Of a DNA stretch of 64,000 nucleotides, positions 41,114-50,869 are shown piece after piece (positions within the stretch are counted from its first letter, which is position 1; each line of letters begins with the position of its first letter). A model generated the notes under the pieces. The model did no database searches and was not told the DNA's origin. It saw only the letters and a program-made list of their open reading frames with translations. The stretch is taken from the NCBI GenBank assembly GCA_037441385.1, contig JBBISH010000002.1, positions 64,001-128,000 on the forward strand, in the 5' to 3' direction. The DNA comes from Myxococcales bacterium. Lineage in GTDB: Bacteria > Myxococcota_A > UBA9042. A program made the position numbers and the translations under genes.

Positions 41114-42262
41114 GTGTCCGACGCACGTCCGATTACCAACGTTACCGACTTCGTTTGCGGCACCTGCTGGAATTCCTTCAGCCGCAAAGATCCTGGCGTC
41201 GAGCAAGCCGGCCGGCTGATTTGCCCGCACTGTGGCCACGCCCTGGCCGCCGAATTGGCGGCGGACCCCTTGGCCGCCGTGCGCAACGCACCGACGGCGA
41301 GCGACAGCGACCTGTTTGGCCATGCCCACGCCAGCGACGACGAGGATCTGCCGATTGGCGCCAACAAGCCGCTGGGCTGGGCCTCGCACGAAAACGTCGC
41401 GCGCTCGGCCGAACCCGCGGGCTTCGTAGTTGGCGCTCCAGACAACGATTTCGAGGATTTCGATTTCAACGAAGCGACTTTGCGCCCCGATGTGAGCCAC
41501 GACAGCTTGCTCGCCGCTGTCCGCGCCACGGCGGAAATGCGCGACCCAGGTCACCCGGCGGCACCCAAGCTCAACATGGCCGCAGCGGCCATCAGCGCCG
41601 GCCACGTGGTCGGAATCGAAGAAGAAGAATTCAGCGGCGACACGTCCGAGCCGACTCCGTCGGATTTTGCCGAGGCGGAAGCCACAGTCGCCGAGGATGC
41701 CGAAGCCCGCGATTGGAAGCTCAAAGCCATCGGCCTGACGTACAACTTCCATGGCCTGGATGCGCTGATCGGCTGGGCCAGCAACAAGGCCGGCCAGTCG
41801 ATGCAAATCTCGATGGACGGCCAAAATTGGAAGGATTTTGACTCCTTCTTTACTGCCTACCGGGCCGGAGTGCCTGCCGCCAAAGCGTTTGGGGATGCTC
41901 TCGAGCCAGGAGCGACCAAGGCTGCGGGTACGCCAGCGGCCGCGGTCGGTGCGGCGCGCGGAACCACGGCCAAGTCCTTGGACGCGGCCGTTCCCAACAA
42001 GACCAGCGTCAAGCCCGAGCCCGGACGCGCCCAGCGCAACAGCGCCCAGCTCGCCAAACCCGACGCCGGGGCCTTGGGGGCCAAAGGCAACGTCAGCGCG
42101 GCCAAGAATCTGGCGCCGAATCGCGGCGGTTCGCGGCGCGTGCCGGTCGCGGCCGCCCAGAACGCGAGCCAGGGCAACTCCAAGACCACGCGCGTCATCG
42201 CAATTGCGGTCGCGGCGGTGGTGGTGGTCGGCGTGGTGGCCTGGAAGCTGCTCGCCAAGTAG
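41114..42262 (+). CDS. Zinc-ribbon / GYF_2-like tail-anchored protein
   Basis: CGTC...CPHC, acidic linker, W-containing domain (WKLK..GLTY.F.....LIGW....ISMDGQNW), single TM at the extreme C-terminus. Confidence 0.7.
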   Translation: MSDARPITNVTDFVCGTCWNSFSRKDPGVEQAGRLICPHCGHALAAELAADPLAAVRNAPTASDSDLFGHAHASDDEDLPIGANKPLGWASHENVARSAEPAGFVVGAPDNDFEDFDFNEATLRPDVSHDSLLAAVRATAEMRDPGHPAAPKLNMAAAAISAGHVVGIEEEEFSGDTSEPTPSDFAEAEATVAEDAEARDWKLKAIGLTYNFHGLDALIGWASNKAGQSMQISMDGQNWKDFDSFFTAYRAGVPAAKAFGDALEPGATKAAGTPAAAVGAARGTTAKSLDAAVPNKTSVKPEPGRAQRNSAQLAKPDAGALGAKGNVSAAKNLAPNRGGSRRVPVAAAQNASQGNSKTTRVIAIAVAAVVVVGVVAWKLLAK

Positions 42263-42306
42263 CCAAATCGCCCCAACATCAGCAACGACTTTGGATTGCG
42301 CCTGCT

Positions 42307-43497
42307 TCAGGGCCGTCGCGCATTTGCGAGCGCCAGCACCCAGTGGTCCAGCTGCGCAAAGCCGTGCGGCAACAAGCGCACGTGATTTTGGGTCAATTCT
42401 AGCGGCGCACGCCCCGCGAGCGCCAAGGCGCGCTGGCGAAAACGCTCGGTCGCCGGCGCCCCCACATCGCGGGCCAGACGCTCCAGGTCCACCCCTTGCG
42501 CCAAGCGCAGCTCCGTCAAGATGCGCTCGGTCAGCATCGTGTCCAGGTCCAGATCTTCGCGAAGAACCTCGGGCAGTTGCCCGTGCTCGACGGCGCTGAA
42601 CCAGGCGCGGTGATCGCGGTGATTGCCGTAGCGAAGGTCGCCCTTCGGCCCCGGCAGGTGCCCGTGCGCGCCCACCCCCGCCGCCAGCCAGTGATCGCCG
42701 TGCCAGTAGGCCAAGTTGTGACGGCTCTGGTGGTCCGGGCGCGCATAATTCGACACTTCGTAGCGTTCCAGGCCCCGCTCCGCCAGCCACAACGGGACCT
42801 GCTCCAGCATGTCGGCCTGCAGGTCCTCGTCCGGCGGGCTCTGCAGTCCGCGCGCGACACGCTTGGCCAACGGCGTGTCGGGCTCCACCGTCAGCGAGTA
42901 CAGCGATAGGTGGGGAAGATCATAGGCGAGCACGCCGTCCAAGTCGGCGCGCAGCTCGGCCATCCCTTGGCCCGGGGCGCCAAACAGCAGATCGGCACTG
43001 GCACTGTGCAGCCGGCCGGTGGCCAGCAAGCGCTGCAGCTCGGCCAAGCTGGCGCGGGCAGTGGCGGCGTCGTGCAGGCGGTCCAGCCGCTGCAGGCGGC
43101 GGTCGTCCAGGGCCTGAATGCCCACCGAGATGCGGTTGACGCCGACGGCGGCGTAGTCGGCCAGCGGGGCGTGCTCCAGGGCGCCGGGATTGGCTTCAAT
43201 CGTGAATTCGCCGCCTTTCTGCAGACCTCCCCACTGGTCTAGCCACTGCAGCACCTGACCGATGGGCTGGGCACCCCACAGCGACGGAGTGCCGCCGCCA
43301 AAAAAGACCGTGGCGATCGGCCGCGGCGCCAGTTCGGCTGTGCGCAGGACGAGCTCGGCCAGCACCGCCCTCAAGTAGAGTTCACGTGGGATCTCGGCCG
43401 CCACGGTTGTGGCAAAATCGCAGTAGGCGCAGCGCTTCAGGCACCACGGAAAGTGGATGTAGACGCTCCAGGTGCCTTGCTTGGGTGCGCGGCTCAC
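42307..43497 (-). CDS. hemW: Radical SAM heme chaperone HemW
   Basis: YIHFPWCLKRCAYCDF, FFGGGTPS, EANP, YEVSNY, HNLAYW. Confidence 0.92.
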   Translation of the reverse strand: MSRAPKQGTWSVYIHFPWCLKRCAYCDFATTVAAEIPRELYLRAVLAELVLRTAELAPRPIATVFFGGGTPSLWGAQPIGQVLQWLDQWGGLQKGGEFTIEANPGALEHAPLADYAAVGVNRISVGIQALDDRRLQRLDRLHDAATARASLAELQRLLATGRLHSASADLLFGAPGQGMAELRADLDGVLAYDLPHLSLYSLTVEPDTPLAKRVARGLQSPPDEDLQADMLEQVPLWLAERGLERYEVSNYARPDHQSRHNLAYWHGDHWLAAGVGAHGHLPGPKGDLRYGNHRDHRAWFSAVEHGQLPEVLREDLDLDTMLTERILTELRLAQGVDLERLARDVGAPATERFRQRALALAGRAPLELTQNHVRLLPHGFAQLDHWVLALANARRP

Positions 43498-44858
43498 CGG
43501 CGAACCTTGCCCACTTCCGGCGGCAAGTCGGCAGCGCTGGCGGCGCGGTCGAAATCCGGCCCCAGCAGGTGCAAGGCCCGCACGCGCCGATGTTCGCCCA
43601 GTTCGACCAGGGTGATGCTGGCCGGCTGGCAGGCATCATGGCCGAGCAAGCGCGGGCAACCGCTCACCTCGGCGCGGCCCACTCCCACCACGGCCAGGCC
43701 GCCGAACCGCCCGTCGTAGAAGACTTCAGAAGCCAATGAAACAACGGCGTTCGTCGCCTGGCGGAGCGCGTATTCGTACAGGCGATAGGCGCGGTCGGCG
43801 ATCAGCTCGCCGTCGCGCAACAGGGTCAAAGGCCGCACGGAGACGAGCAGAACCGCCGAATAGGCCGACGCCGCTTGCAGTGCCGCCCGCACGCGCTTGA
43901 GTTCCCCTTCGTCGATGGTCTGACCGCGCGTGTCCACCGCCACCAGGGCCACGTCGCGGACCGCCAGCACGCCAGCCGGTCGTTCGCCAACCAAAACGTC
44001 GATCACAGAGCCGCCAGGATCGCGCAAGACGTGCAGCACCGGCGCGGGGCCGGCATCGCTCGACCAGGCCAGCACGGCAGCCTGTGGTGCCTCGTTGGCC
44101 AACTGCGCGTCCAGGCTGGCGGTATCGCTGACGTCGCCGGCGATCACCACCGCGTCAGCCTCGAGTTGCGAAGCGGCTTGCGCCACCGCGGCCTGCACCG
44201 CCGCGTCGCTGGCGCCGGCCACCCACAAAATCCGCGTACCCGAGCGGGCGGGAATCCCACCTTGGGCCGCCTCGCCGCCATCCAGCGGGGCCAACGCCAA
44301 ACGCTCGACTGCAAGCCGGTGGGTGGCCATCAGCGGCGCCAGCCCTGGGCGCATTGCCTCTACGGTCACGTGGCGGTCGCGCACCGACTCGGCAAACACG
44401 TGTTCCACTTCGGTGCCCGCCACGGGGTCCGAGCCATCTTCGAAGTGCCATACGAACTTGCTGAAGGCGGCATCGCCGACCACCTCCACGCGCAGCCGCA
44501 CGGGCGTATTCGACCACACACGTAGCTGATCGGGCTCGGCGACGATGCGCAGCGGACCGCTGTCGCTGGCGGGCGCTGCCTCGGCCTGAGCGGGCGACGG
44601 GTCTTCGGCCACGGCGGCGGTGGGCTCCTGGGCAGGCGCCTGCGCCGGTGTGGGCTCGGCGGGGGCCGCGGCAGCTGAATCGGCCGGCTCGCTCGTGCGT
44701 CGATCCTTGGGAACATCAGGTGGCGTCGCCGTGCGCGAAGCCAGCAAGGCCGCAACGCAAATCGCTACCAGCGCCAGTGCCAGCGCCACAAAGCGGCGGT
44801 CGTGCGGCCCTTGCGGGCTCGGCGGCGGCGGACTGGGCGGTGGGTTAGCTTGCGTCAT
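43494..44858 (-). CDS. Membrane-anchored PKD-like plus degenerate metallophosphoesterase-like protein
   Basis: N-terminal TM, WHFEDGS...HVF (PKD-like), AVVIAGDV and VALVAVDT segments. Confidence 0.55.
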   Translation of the reverse strand: MTQANPPPSPPPPSPQGPHDRRFVALALALVAICVAALLASRTATPPDVPKDRRTSEPADSAAAAPAEPTPAQAPAQEPTAAVAEDPSPAQAEAAPASDSGPLRIVAEPDQLRVWSNTPVRLRVEVVGDAAFSKFVWHFEDGSDPVAGTEVEHVFAESVRDRHVTVEAMRPGLAPLMATHRLAVERLALAPLDGGEAAQGGIPARSGTRILWVAGASDAAVQAAVAQAASQLEADAVVIAGDVSDTASLDAQLANEAPQAAVLAWSSDAGPAPVLHVLRDPGGSVIDVLVGERPAGVLAVRDVALVAVDTRGQTIDEGELKRVRAALQAASAYSAVLLVSVRPLTLLRDGELIADRAYRLYEYALRQATNAVVSLASEVFYDGRFGGLAVVGVGRAEVSGCPRLLGHDACQPASITLVELGEHRRVRALHLLGPDFDRAASAADLPPEVGKVRR

Positions 44859-44959
44859 GCGGTCAAGGACTTGGCGAGGCGCGGCGCACGACCTCGAACA
44901 GGTTTGCGCCGGATTCGTCTTGGGATTGTGTCTGAGTTTCCAATCGTTGCTGGGCCGAT

Positions 44960-44989
44960 TTGACCCCCGGCCTTTGCCAACCGTAGTAT
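44960..44989 (+). promoter_or_regulatory. Putative sigma-70 promoter
   Basis: TTGACC-N18-TAGTAT about 60 nt upstream of the ATG at 45049. Confidence 0.45.
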
Positions 44990-45048
44990 CGACGACTCGC
45001 CGGTGCGCCGCAACACACGAGCGCGGCCCACCGCGGCAGGAGAAGCCC

Positions 45049-46317
45049 ATGTTCGATTTTGCAAGTACTTGCCTGCGCGCGAGCTGGATGGCCGGCTCGC
45101 TGGCTGCCGCCGTCGTCCTGGCCAGTCCGGTCTTGGCTGCCCCGTCGGCGTGGAAAGTGACCGAGGCGGCATGCCTCACGTCGTTTGGCGCACCCGAAAA
45201 GGCCGAGGAATCCAAGCTATTGGGCTGTGCCGACGACTTTGCTGGCGACGCGGTCATCGAGCAACTGACCGCCAAAGATCGCGCCACCATCGAAAAGGGC
45301 TTGCGGTATCTGTACGAACATGGTTCGGACAAGGGCGCCAAAGTCGCCCGCGTCGCACTGCAGCGCTTGGGCGTCAACTTGCCGGTGCGCGCGCCCAAAG
45401 CTGCCGCGGGTCCGGCCGAACCGGCCCGTATCAAGTACGATCCACCCGAGGCCAAGGCCGACGACAAGAAAGCCGCTGAAAAGTTTTACAAAGACGGCGT
45501 CGCGCTGCTCAAGAAGAAGAAGTGGAAAGACGGCGTCGGCGTGTTGAACAAGGGGCTGGAGAAAGATCCTCGGAGCGAGAAGATCCTGTACAACATGGCC
45601 TGCGGCGAAGCGAATTTCGACGACAAGAAGCCGTGTTTCGTCCACCTGCAAAACCTGGCCGATCTAGGCACCGACTACTCGGCCGAGTTGCTGATCAAGG
45701 CCCGCGGCGACGCCGACATGGAAGCCGTGCGCGAAGACTCCGATTTCAAGCGCATCACCGGCTACATGCGTGCCCAGGTGATCAACACGGTGGGCGATCC
45801 GGGCGACCCAGGTGTCGAGAATATCATGAAGTTGTTCGACAAGCTCAGCCTGAAGAAGCCGGACAAGAAGGAAGACGAGTCGACGCCGCAGCCCCACCCC
45901 ACCGTGATGTTCAAGGCGCACAGCAAGGCGCAAGTGGCCGTCATTGCAGAGCTGCTTGGTGATCCCGAGACCAAGTTGGAGCCCATGGCCGGCGACTCGA
46001 AGTACGACGTGGTGATTCGCTGGGGCACGACGCTGGACGAAAAGGGCAAGCCAACCAACTTGGGTCCCGAGACCGCAGACGAAGCCATCGCCAATGCCCG
46101 CAAGAAGCAAAACAAGGCGTTGGCCCAACCTGAGCAAGCCATCGGCAAGGTGAACAAGGTGCTCGACTCGCCGAACCGCGCCATCAGCGAAGCCGGCAAG
46201 ATGAAGGACCGCGTACTGGGCGTGGGCGACAAGGCCAAGGGCGCGGTCGACAAGGCCAAGGATCTGGAGAAGATTGGCGACAAGGCCAAAGATGCGATGA
46301 AGATCAAGGGGCTATAG
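45049..46317 (+). CDS. Secreted Lys-rich TPR protein with a LytR_C-like segment
   Basis: AGGAG RBS, signal peptide, TPR-like YNMAC, VINT.G...TVMF...IAELLG...DVVIRWG, DKAK-rich tail. Confidence 0.7.
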   Translation: MFDFASTCLRASWMAGSLAAAVVLASPVLAAPSAWKVTEAACLTSFGAPEKAEESKLLGCADDFAGDAVIEQLTAKDRATIEKGLRYLYEHGSDKGAKVARVALQRLGVNLPVRAPKAAAGPAEPARIKYDPPEAKADDKKAAEKFYKDGVALLKKKKWKDGVGVLNKGLEKDPRSEKILYNMACGEANFDDKKPCFVHLQNLADLGTDYSAELLIKARGDADMEAVREDSDFKRITGYMRAQVINTVGDPGDPGVENIMKLFDKLSLKKPDKKEDESTPQPHPTVMFKAHSKAQVAVIAELLGDPETKLEPMAGDSKYDVVIRWGTTLDEKGKPTNLGPETADEAIANARKKQNKALAQPEQAIGKVNKVLDSPNRAISEAGKMKDRVLGVGDKAKGAVDKAKDLEKIGDKAKDAMKIKGL

Positions 46318-46341
46318 GTCCAATCGCGGGGGTGGCAGCAC

Positions 46342-46623
46342 ATGTCGGTTTGGGAAGCCATCGCGAATCTCTCTGCCCTCGACTGGTTCGTGGTGGCGCT
46401 GACCGTGGTGGTGTCGCTGCTGGGTATGTTGCTCCCCAAGCTGGGCAATTTGCTCGGCCGGTTGTTCCTGGGCGAAGACCCGCTGATCGAGCGCTGGAAG
46501 CACGCCCGCGCCGATCGAAAGGCGGCTGCCATTGCCCGCAAGCAGGCGCTCCGCAACGAGAAAGCCGCCAAGGCTGCCGCGCGTGTCGCCGCGAAGGCGG
46601 CCAGCGACCCTCCCGCCCCGTAA
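46342..46623 (+). CDS. Small membrane protein (TatA/TatB-like architecture)
   Basis: One TM, then LLPKLGNLLGR amphipathic helix and basic Ala-rich tail. Confidence 0.55.
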   Translation: MSVWEAIANLSALDWFVVALTVVVSLLGMLLPKLGNLLGRLFLGEDPLIERWKHARADRKAAAIARKQALRNEKAAKAAARVAAKAASDPPAP

Positions 46624-46704
46624 CCAGCGCGAGGCGAGGCGTCCAAGCCAGCGTTCCCACTAGACAAAGCGACCGTTCCGACCAAGAAGCGCGAGAAGGA
46701 AGCG

Positions 46705-47388
46705 ATGCCCACACCGATTGCCCTGGCCTCCAGCTCGCCGCGCCGCAAAGAACTGTTGGAGCGGCTGGGCTTCCAAGTCCGCGTGCTACAAAGCAACATC
46801 GACGAATCACAGGTCGGCGGCGAGTTGCCCGAGGACTATGCCAAGCGCGTGGCGCGCGCCAAAGTCCTGGCCGCCGTGCGGCGGATCCAAGCGACGCTTT
46901 ACACCAGCGAAGTCGAGGCGCGGCGCCAATTTGCCGCGGGTGCGACCCCGGCCGCGGTGCGGGGCGACGAAGGCCTGCGGTGGGTGCTGGGCGCCGATAC
47001 GGTGGTGGTCGTCGACGACGTGATCTTTGGCAAGCCGGCCGACGTCCAAGAAGCGCGCGAGATGCTGTCGCGCCTGTCCGGCCGTGAACATCTTGTTATC
47101 ACCGCATTTTGCCTATACGACCTGCGCCGCAGTCGCGAGGGCATCGAAGCCGTGCGGACAGTGGTGCGCTTCAAAGAGCTAACTCGCAGCGAGATTGATG
47201 CCTATGTGTCGGCGGGCGAAAGCATGGACAAAGCGGGCGCTTACGCGGTGCAAGGGGTCGGATCCTACCTAGTCGAGCACCTGCAGGGCAGCTACACCAA
47301 CGTGGTGGGACTGCCGCTTTGCCAAGTGGTTGAAATGATGGAAGCCATGGGGGCGCGCGACGTCCTCCCCTGGGGGGCCAAGGAGTAG
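46705..47388 (+). CDS. maf: Maf-family nucleoside triphosphate pyrophosphatase
   Basis: LASSSPRRKELL, IDE, GADTVV, GKP, DKAGAYAVQG, GSYTNVVGLP. Confidence 0.93.
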   Translation: MPTPIALASSSPRRKELLERLGFQVRVLQSNIDESQVGGELPEDYAKRVARAKVLAAVRRIQATLYTSEVEARRQFAAGATPAAVRGDEGLRWVLGADTVVVVDDVIFGKPADVQEAREMLSRLSGREHLVITAFCLYDLRRSREGIEAVRTVVRFKELTRSEIDAYVSAGESMDKAGAYAVQGVGSYLVEHLQGSYTNVVGLPLCQVVEMMEAMGARDVLPWGAKE

Positions 47389-47393
47389 CGGCC

Positions 47394-48110
47394 ATGACGC
47401 AAGCCACCATTGCGCAGAATCTGCACGACGTTCGCCAGCGCATCGCCCAGGCCGCCCGGCAAAGGGGCCGCGATCCCAACGCGATCACGCTGGTGGCGGT
47501 CAGCAAGGGGCAGCCCGCAGAGGCGATCCGCGCCGCCTATGCCGCTGGTCAGCGCGATTTTGGCGAGAACTACGTGCAGGAATGGCAAGAAAAGGCCCAG
47601 CAGCTAACCGACTTGACCGACTTGCGCTGGCACTTCTTGGGGCACTTGCAGCGCAACAAGTGCAAGTTCGTGCTGGGCAAAGTGCACCTGTTGCACAGCC
47701 TGGACGACATGCAGGGCTTGGACGAGATGGCGCGCCAGGCCTGGCAGAACAAGCTGAAGCAAGACGTGCTGTTGCAAGTCAACCTGGCCGACGAACAGAG
47801 CAAGCGCGGCTGCGGCGTGGCCGATGCCGAACTCTTTGTGGAAGTGCTGCAGCGGTCGCCGGGATTGCGGCTGCGCGGGCTGATGCTGCTGCCGCCCTAC
47901 GACGCCGATGCCGAGCAGGTGCGGCCGTGGTTCCAGCAACTGGCGCAGTTGGCGGGCGACCTGGGCCGCAGTTTTGGCCAGCACCCCAGCCTGCCGGCGC
48001 CGGGTCAGTGGGTACTGTCGATGGGCATGAGCGGCGACTTTGAGGTGGCCATCGCCGAGGGCGCCACCCATGTGCGCGTTGGCACTGCGATTTTTGGCGC
48101 GCGCAGCTAG
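47394..48110 (+). CDS. yggS: PLP homeostasis protein YggS
   Basis: LVAVSK, FGENYVQE, WHFLGHLQRNK, LSMGMSGDFEVAIAEGATHVRVGTAIFG. Confidence 0.96.
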   Translation: MTQATIAQNLHDVRQRIAQAARQRGRDPNAITLVAVSKGQPAEAIRAAYAAGQRDFGENYVQEWQEKAQQLTDLTDLRWHFLGHLQRNKCKFVLGKVHLLHSLDDMQGLDEMARQAWQNKLKQDVLLQVNLADEQSKRGCGVADAELFVEVLQRSPGLRLRGLMLLPPYDADAEQVRPWFQQLAQLAGDLGRSFGQHPSLPAPGQWVLSMGMSGDFEVAIAEGATHVRVGTAIFGARS

Positions 48111-49039
48111 CTTTTTTGCCGCACCAGGCGGCCGTTGTGCAGCACAAAGCGGTCGATGCTGGGTCCCGCCCCGCTCAGATCGGCCACGCCGGTCATGGCC
48201 CGCAGGGCATCGCCGTGCTGGGCAACGAATTCCTGGGCATCTTGGACCAGTGGGTCCCACGGCAAGGCGATCGTCCATTGCGGCGTCGCGGCATGGAAGT
48301 GGCTGGGCATGAGGCGCGGCCCCACGCCCTCCGCGCGCAGCTGAGCCAGCACGTGGTCTGGCCGCTGGTCGTGCAGTTCCGCAAGGATCGCCAGCCTTTC
48401 GATGGTGTGAATGGTCGGCGGCGGCAGCAACGTGGCGCCCCCGGCGGTGTGCTCACGGAGGGCCTGCCGCGCCTCGATGAAGAACAGCTCGGTGGTTTCG
48501 TGATGGTCCAACGCGGGTTGCTGGCCCGCGGGCAGCTCGGCGGCAAAGAAGTAGGTGTCGAAGCGCTTGGGTTCGTAGAGCGGCGTGAGCCAGTGGGCAA
48601 AAGCCGCCAGCGGGCGCAAGTCCAAACGCCAACTGCGCGCCCTCAGCGCGGCATGCCAGGCCGCCGCGGCCAAGTGGCGACCGTTGCGCAACGCTTCGAT
48701 CTCGCAGTCAAACTCGGCCACTGCGGCGGGCGTCAGGGCTTCGCCACGCACGTCCACGGCCAGCAAGACGTGCGCCTCTTCGTGCAGTTCGCGCAAGGCC
48801 GCCACGGCAAAGGCGCGGGCCGTCTCGCGATCGCGGCCGGGCAGGTCCGGAATCTTGCCCAGGACCGGCACATCGCCGTCGGCCGCATCGACCTTGCCAC
48901 CGGGAAAGACCGTGGCGCCGGGCATGAAACCGCTTTGGCCGTGGCGGCGGATCAGCAGCACCTCCAGGCCGTCGGACCCGGACCGCAGCAGCACGACCGT
49001 GGCTGCCTGCAACGGCACAGCAGGCACAGGCGCCGCCAT
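48107..49039 (-). CDS. NUDIX hydrolase (NUDT19-like)
   Basis: AATVVLLR, FMPGATVFPGGKVD, ALRELHEEA, HWLTP...KRFDTYFF; TGATG overlap. Confidence 0.88.
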   Translation of the reverse strand: MAAPVPAVPLQAATVVLLRSGSDGLEVLLIRRHGQSGFMPGATVFPGGKVDAADGDVPVLGKIPDLPGRDRETARAFAVAALRELHEEAHVLLAVDVRGEALTPAAVAEFDCEIEALRNGRHLAAAAWHAALRARSWRLDLRPLAAFAHWLTPLYEPKRFDTYFFAAELPAGQQPALDHHETTELFFIEARQALREHTAGGATLLPPPTIHTIERLAILAELHDQRPDHVLAQLRAEGVGPRLMPSHFHAATPQWTIALPWDPLVQDAQEFVAQHGDALRAMTGVADLSGAGPSIDRFVLHNGRLVRQKS

Positions 49040-50265
49040 CAGTGGCACTTGGGCGCGCCGGTCGTGTCGAGCATGCGCGCCAAATAGCCGCCCAGGACCT
49101 GGGTGAACAGCGCATCCGGCGTGATCTGCACCAACTTGGTGCCGGCAAAGGGCGCGGGGGCCATGCCGTTGCCGTAGGCGCCGTGCAGCCAGCAGCCGTC
49201 GTCGGGCACGGTCTTGCAGTCGGCGTCGCTGAAGGGCGCGCTGCAAGGCGGCATGTTGTTCAGTTGGAAGTACGGCGACTTGCTGCTCACCACCGCTTCG
49301 ATGGCCTTGCGGCTAGACCAGTAGCTGGGCTGGCTGTGATCGTGCTGGAACTGGATGCGCTGATAGCGATAGAAGGCGTCCTTCAGGTAGGTGTAGGGCT
49401 CGCGCTCAATCCACCAGGCGTTGTCGGTGCAGTCTTTGGCGGTCTTGCTGATTGGCCAGGCACCGAGCGAGCAGACGATGCTGGCGGGCAAGCCGTCGTG
49501 CGCGGGCGGGTACATGGCCGAGTGCGGTGACGAATCTGTGATGTGGCAAGTCGAGGGAGTGGCGCCCGGACCGTCGTCGGGGCCGATCTGTAGGTCGGGG
49601 TCGGCCGGGGCTTGACTATAGGCGCAGCGGTCGATCGGGCCCTCTACGTCCACCAAGAACAGAATCGACTTGAGTGCATCGTAGGTCTTGATGGCCTTGA
49701 CAGTGGGCGACAAGCCGTTGCCGATGGTGACAAAACCAAGCTTGGCCGGATCAACCCAATCGGCTTTTGACTTCAAATTCAATACGTTCTTGACCGCCGC
49801 CTGGTGCAGCGGGCCGCCGATGTCGTTGTGGCTCTTCTCGCCCGCGATGTACTGGGCCTCGCCGGTGCCGGGCAGGTTGAAGATGACGATACCGGCGCCG
49901 AGTGCGCCAGCCAACTGACTGGCACCATTGACGTATTTGGGATAGAGCGGCGTATTGACGTCGCCGACCACGACCACTAGCGGGCACTTCTTGGCCGCGG
50001 TGCAAGCGTCGGGATGCAGAACCACGCCAAGTGCAAACGAGTTTACGCCCAGCGCACTGACTTGCACGTTGAGCGGCTCCGACGTCACGTTGGCGGCCGG
50101 GGTGGTGGTGGTGTCCTGGCCGCCGCCACTGGTGCTGGCGTCGCTGCCCGAGCTGGTCGCCGTCGTGCCACCGGCGTCGCTCGAACCGCACGCAACGCAC
50201 GTGGCGATAACTGCAAACGAAATTCCAGCACTGAACAGCAGACGACGGGCGGCAGTGGCGAGCAT
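49039..50265 (-). CDS. Cys-containing lipoprotein with alpha/beta-hydrolase-like segments
   Basis: Lipobox CVA-C, Ser/Thr/Gly linker, PLVVVV, FNLPGTG, VDPAKLGFVTIGNG, FLVDVEGP. Confidence 0.6.
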   Translation of the reverse strand: MLATAARRLLFSAGISFAVIATCVACGSSDAGGTTATSSGSDASTSGGGQDTTTTPAANVTSEPLNVQVSALGVNSFALGVVLHPDACTAAKKCPLVVVVGDVNTPLYPKYVNGASQLAGALGAGIVIFNLPGTGEAQYIAGEKSHNDIGGPLHQAAVKNVLNLKSKADWVDPAKLGFVTIGNGLSPTVKAIKTYDALKSILFLVDVEGPIDRCAYSQAPADPDLQIGPDDGPGATPSTCHITDSSPHSAMYPPAHDGLPASIVCSLGAWPISKTAKDCTDNAWWIEREPYTYLKDAFYRYQRIQFQHDHSQPSYWSSRKAIEAVVSSKSPYFQLNNMPPCSAPFSDADCKTVPDDGCWLHGAYGNGMAPAPFAGTKLVQITPDALFTQVLGGYLARMLDTTGAPKCH

Positions 50266-50610
50266 GGTGACGGGATTTCCTGGGGCCGGCGCGGAGTGTG
50301 CGCCGCTGGCCAGTGTACCCGCGGCGGGCGGCGGCGTACAGACACCCGTTCGCGACCACTTTGATCGCGTTTGTCGAAAAAATTGCTGGAATAACGGCGT
50401 GGTGTACGCTCGGCCATTGCGGCTCGGCTCAGGTCGATCGCTGGGGTGAAGAGCGGCTTGGGCGCCGGAAAAACGATCGGCGCCGCGACCCGCCCTGGTG
50501 GATCGCACCACTGCTCGCGATCCTGTGTGACTTGGGCGGCTTGGCGCGCGCGGGGCGGTCGCAGGCGGCGCGGATTCAAGCCGTTGGCACAGCCGAACGC
50601 AGGCTCACGA

Positions 50611-50690
50611 TTGACAGTTTGCCGGTTTCGTCCTTATCCTCGCCACGTGGGAGGAAGTGGATCGCAGCGGATCAAAGTGGCCTGCAGCGG
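50611..50690 (+). promoter_or_regulatory. dcw promoter with MraZ-binding repeats
   Basis: TTGACA-N18-TATCCT (50611-50640) followed by G(T/C)GG boxes at 50647, 50657, 50667, 50677 and 50687. Confidence 0.75.
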
Positions 50691-50869
50691 ACTATCCACC
50701 CCTTCCCAAAGGCATTCCTGACCAGCAGCGCGCAGCGCCCGGCGGCGGACGACGGCTTTGGCCACGACCGCGGCGGGCGGGGTCTTGTCGCAAGATCCCG
50801 AGTCGCCTGCACAAGCACGGCCCAACGGGCCACGGTTGGGGATCAGCGGTGCGGTAGGCGAGGCTGGCA

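Noticed and set aside
50585..50600. TGGCAC sigma-54-like site upstream of mraZ
   Set aside because: Spacing is GG-N11-GC with no TTGC; a good sigma-70 promoter lies just downstream
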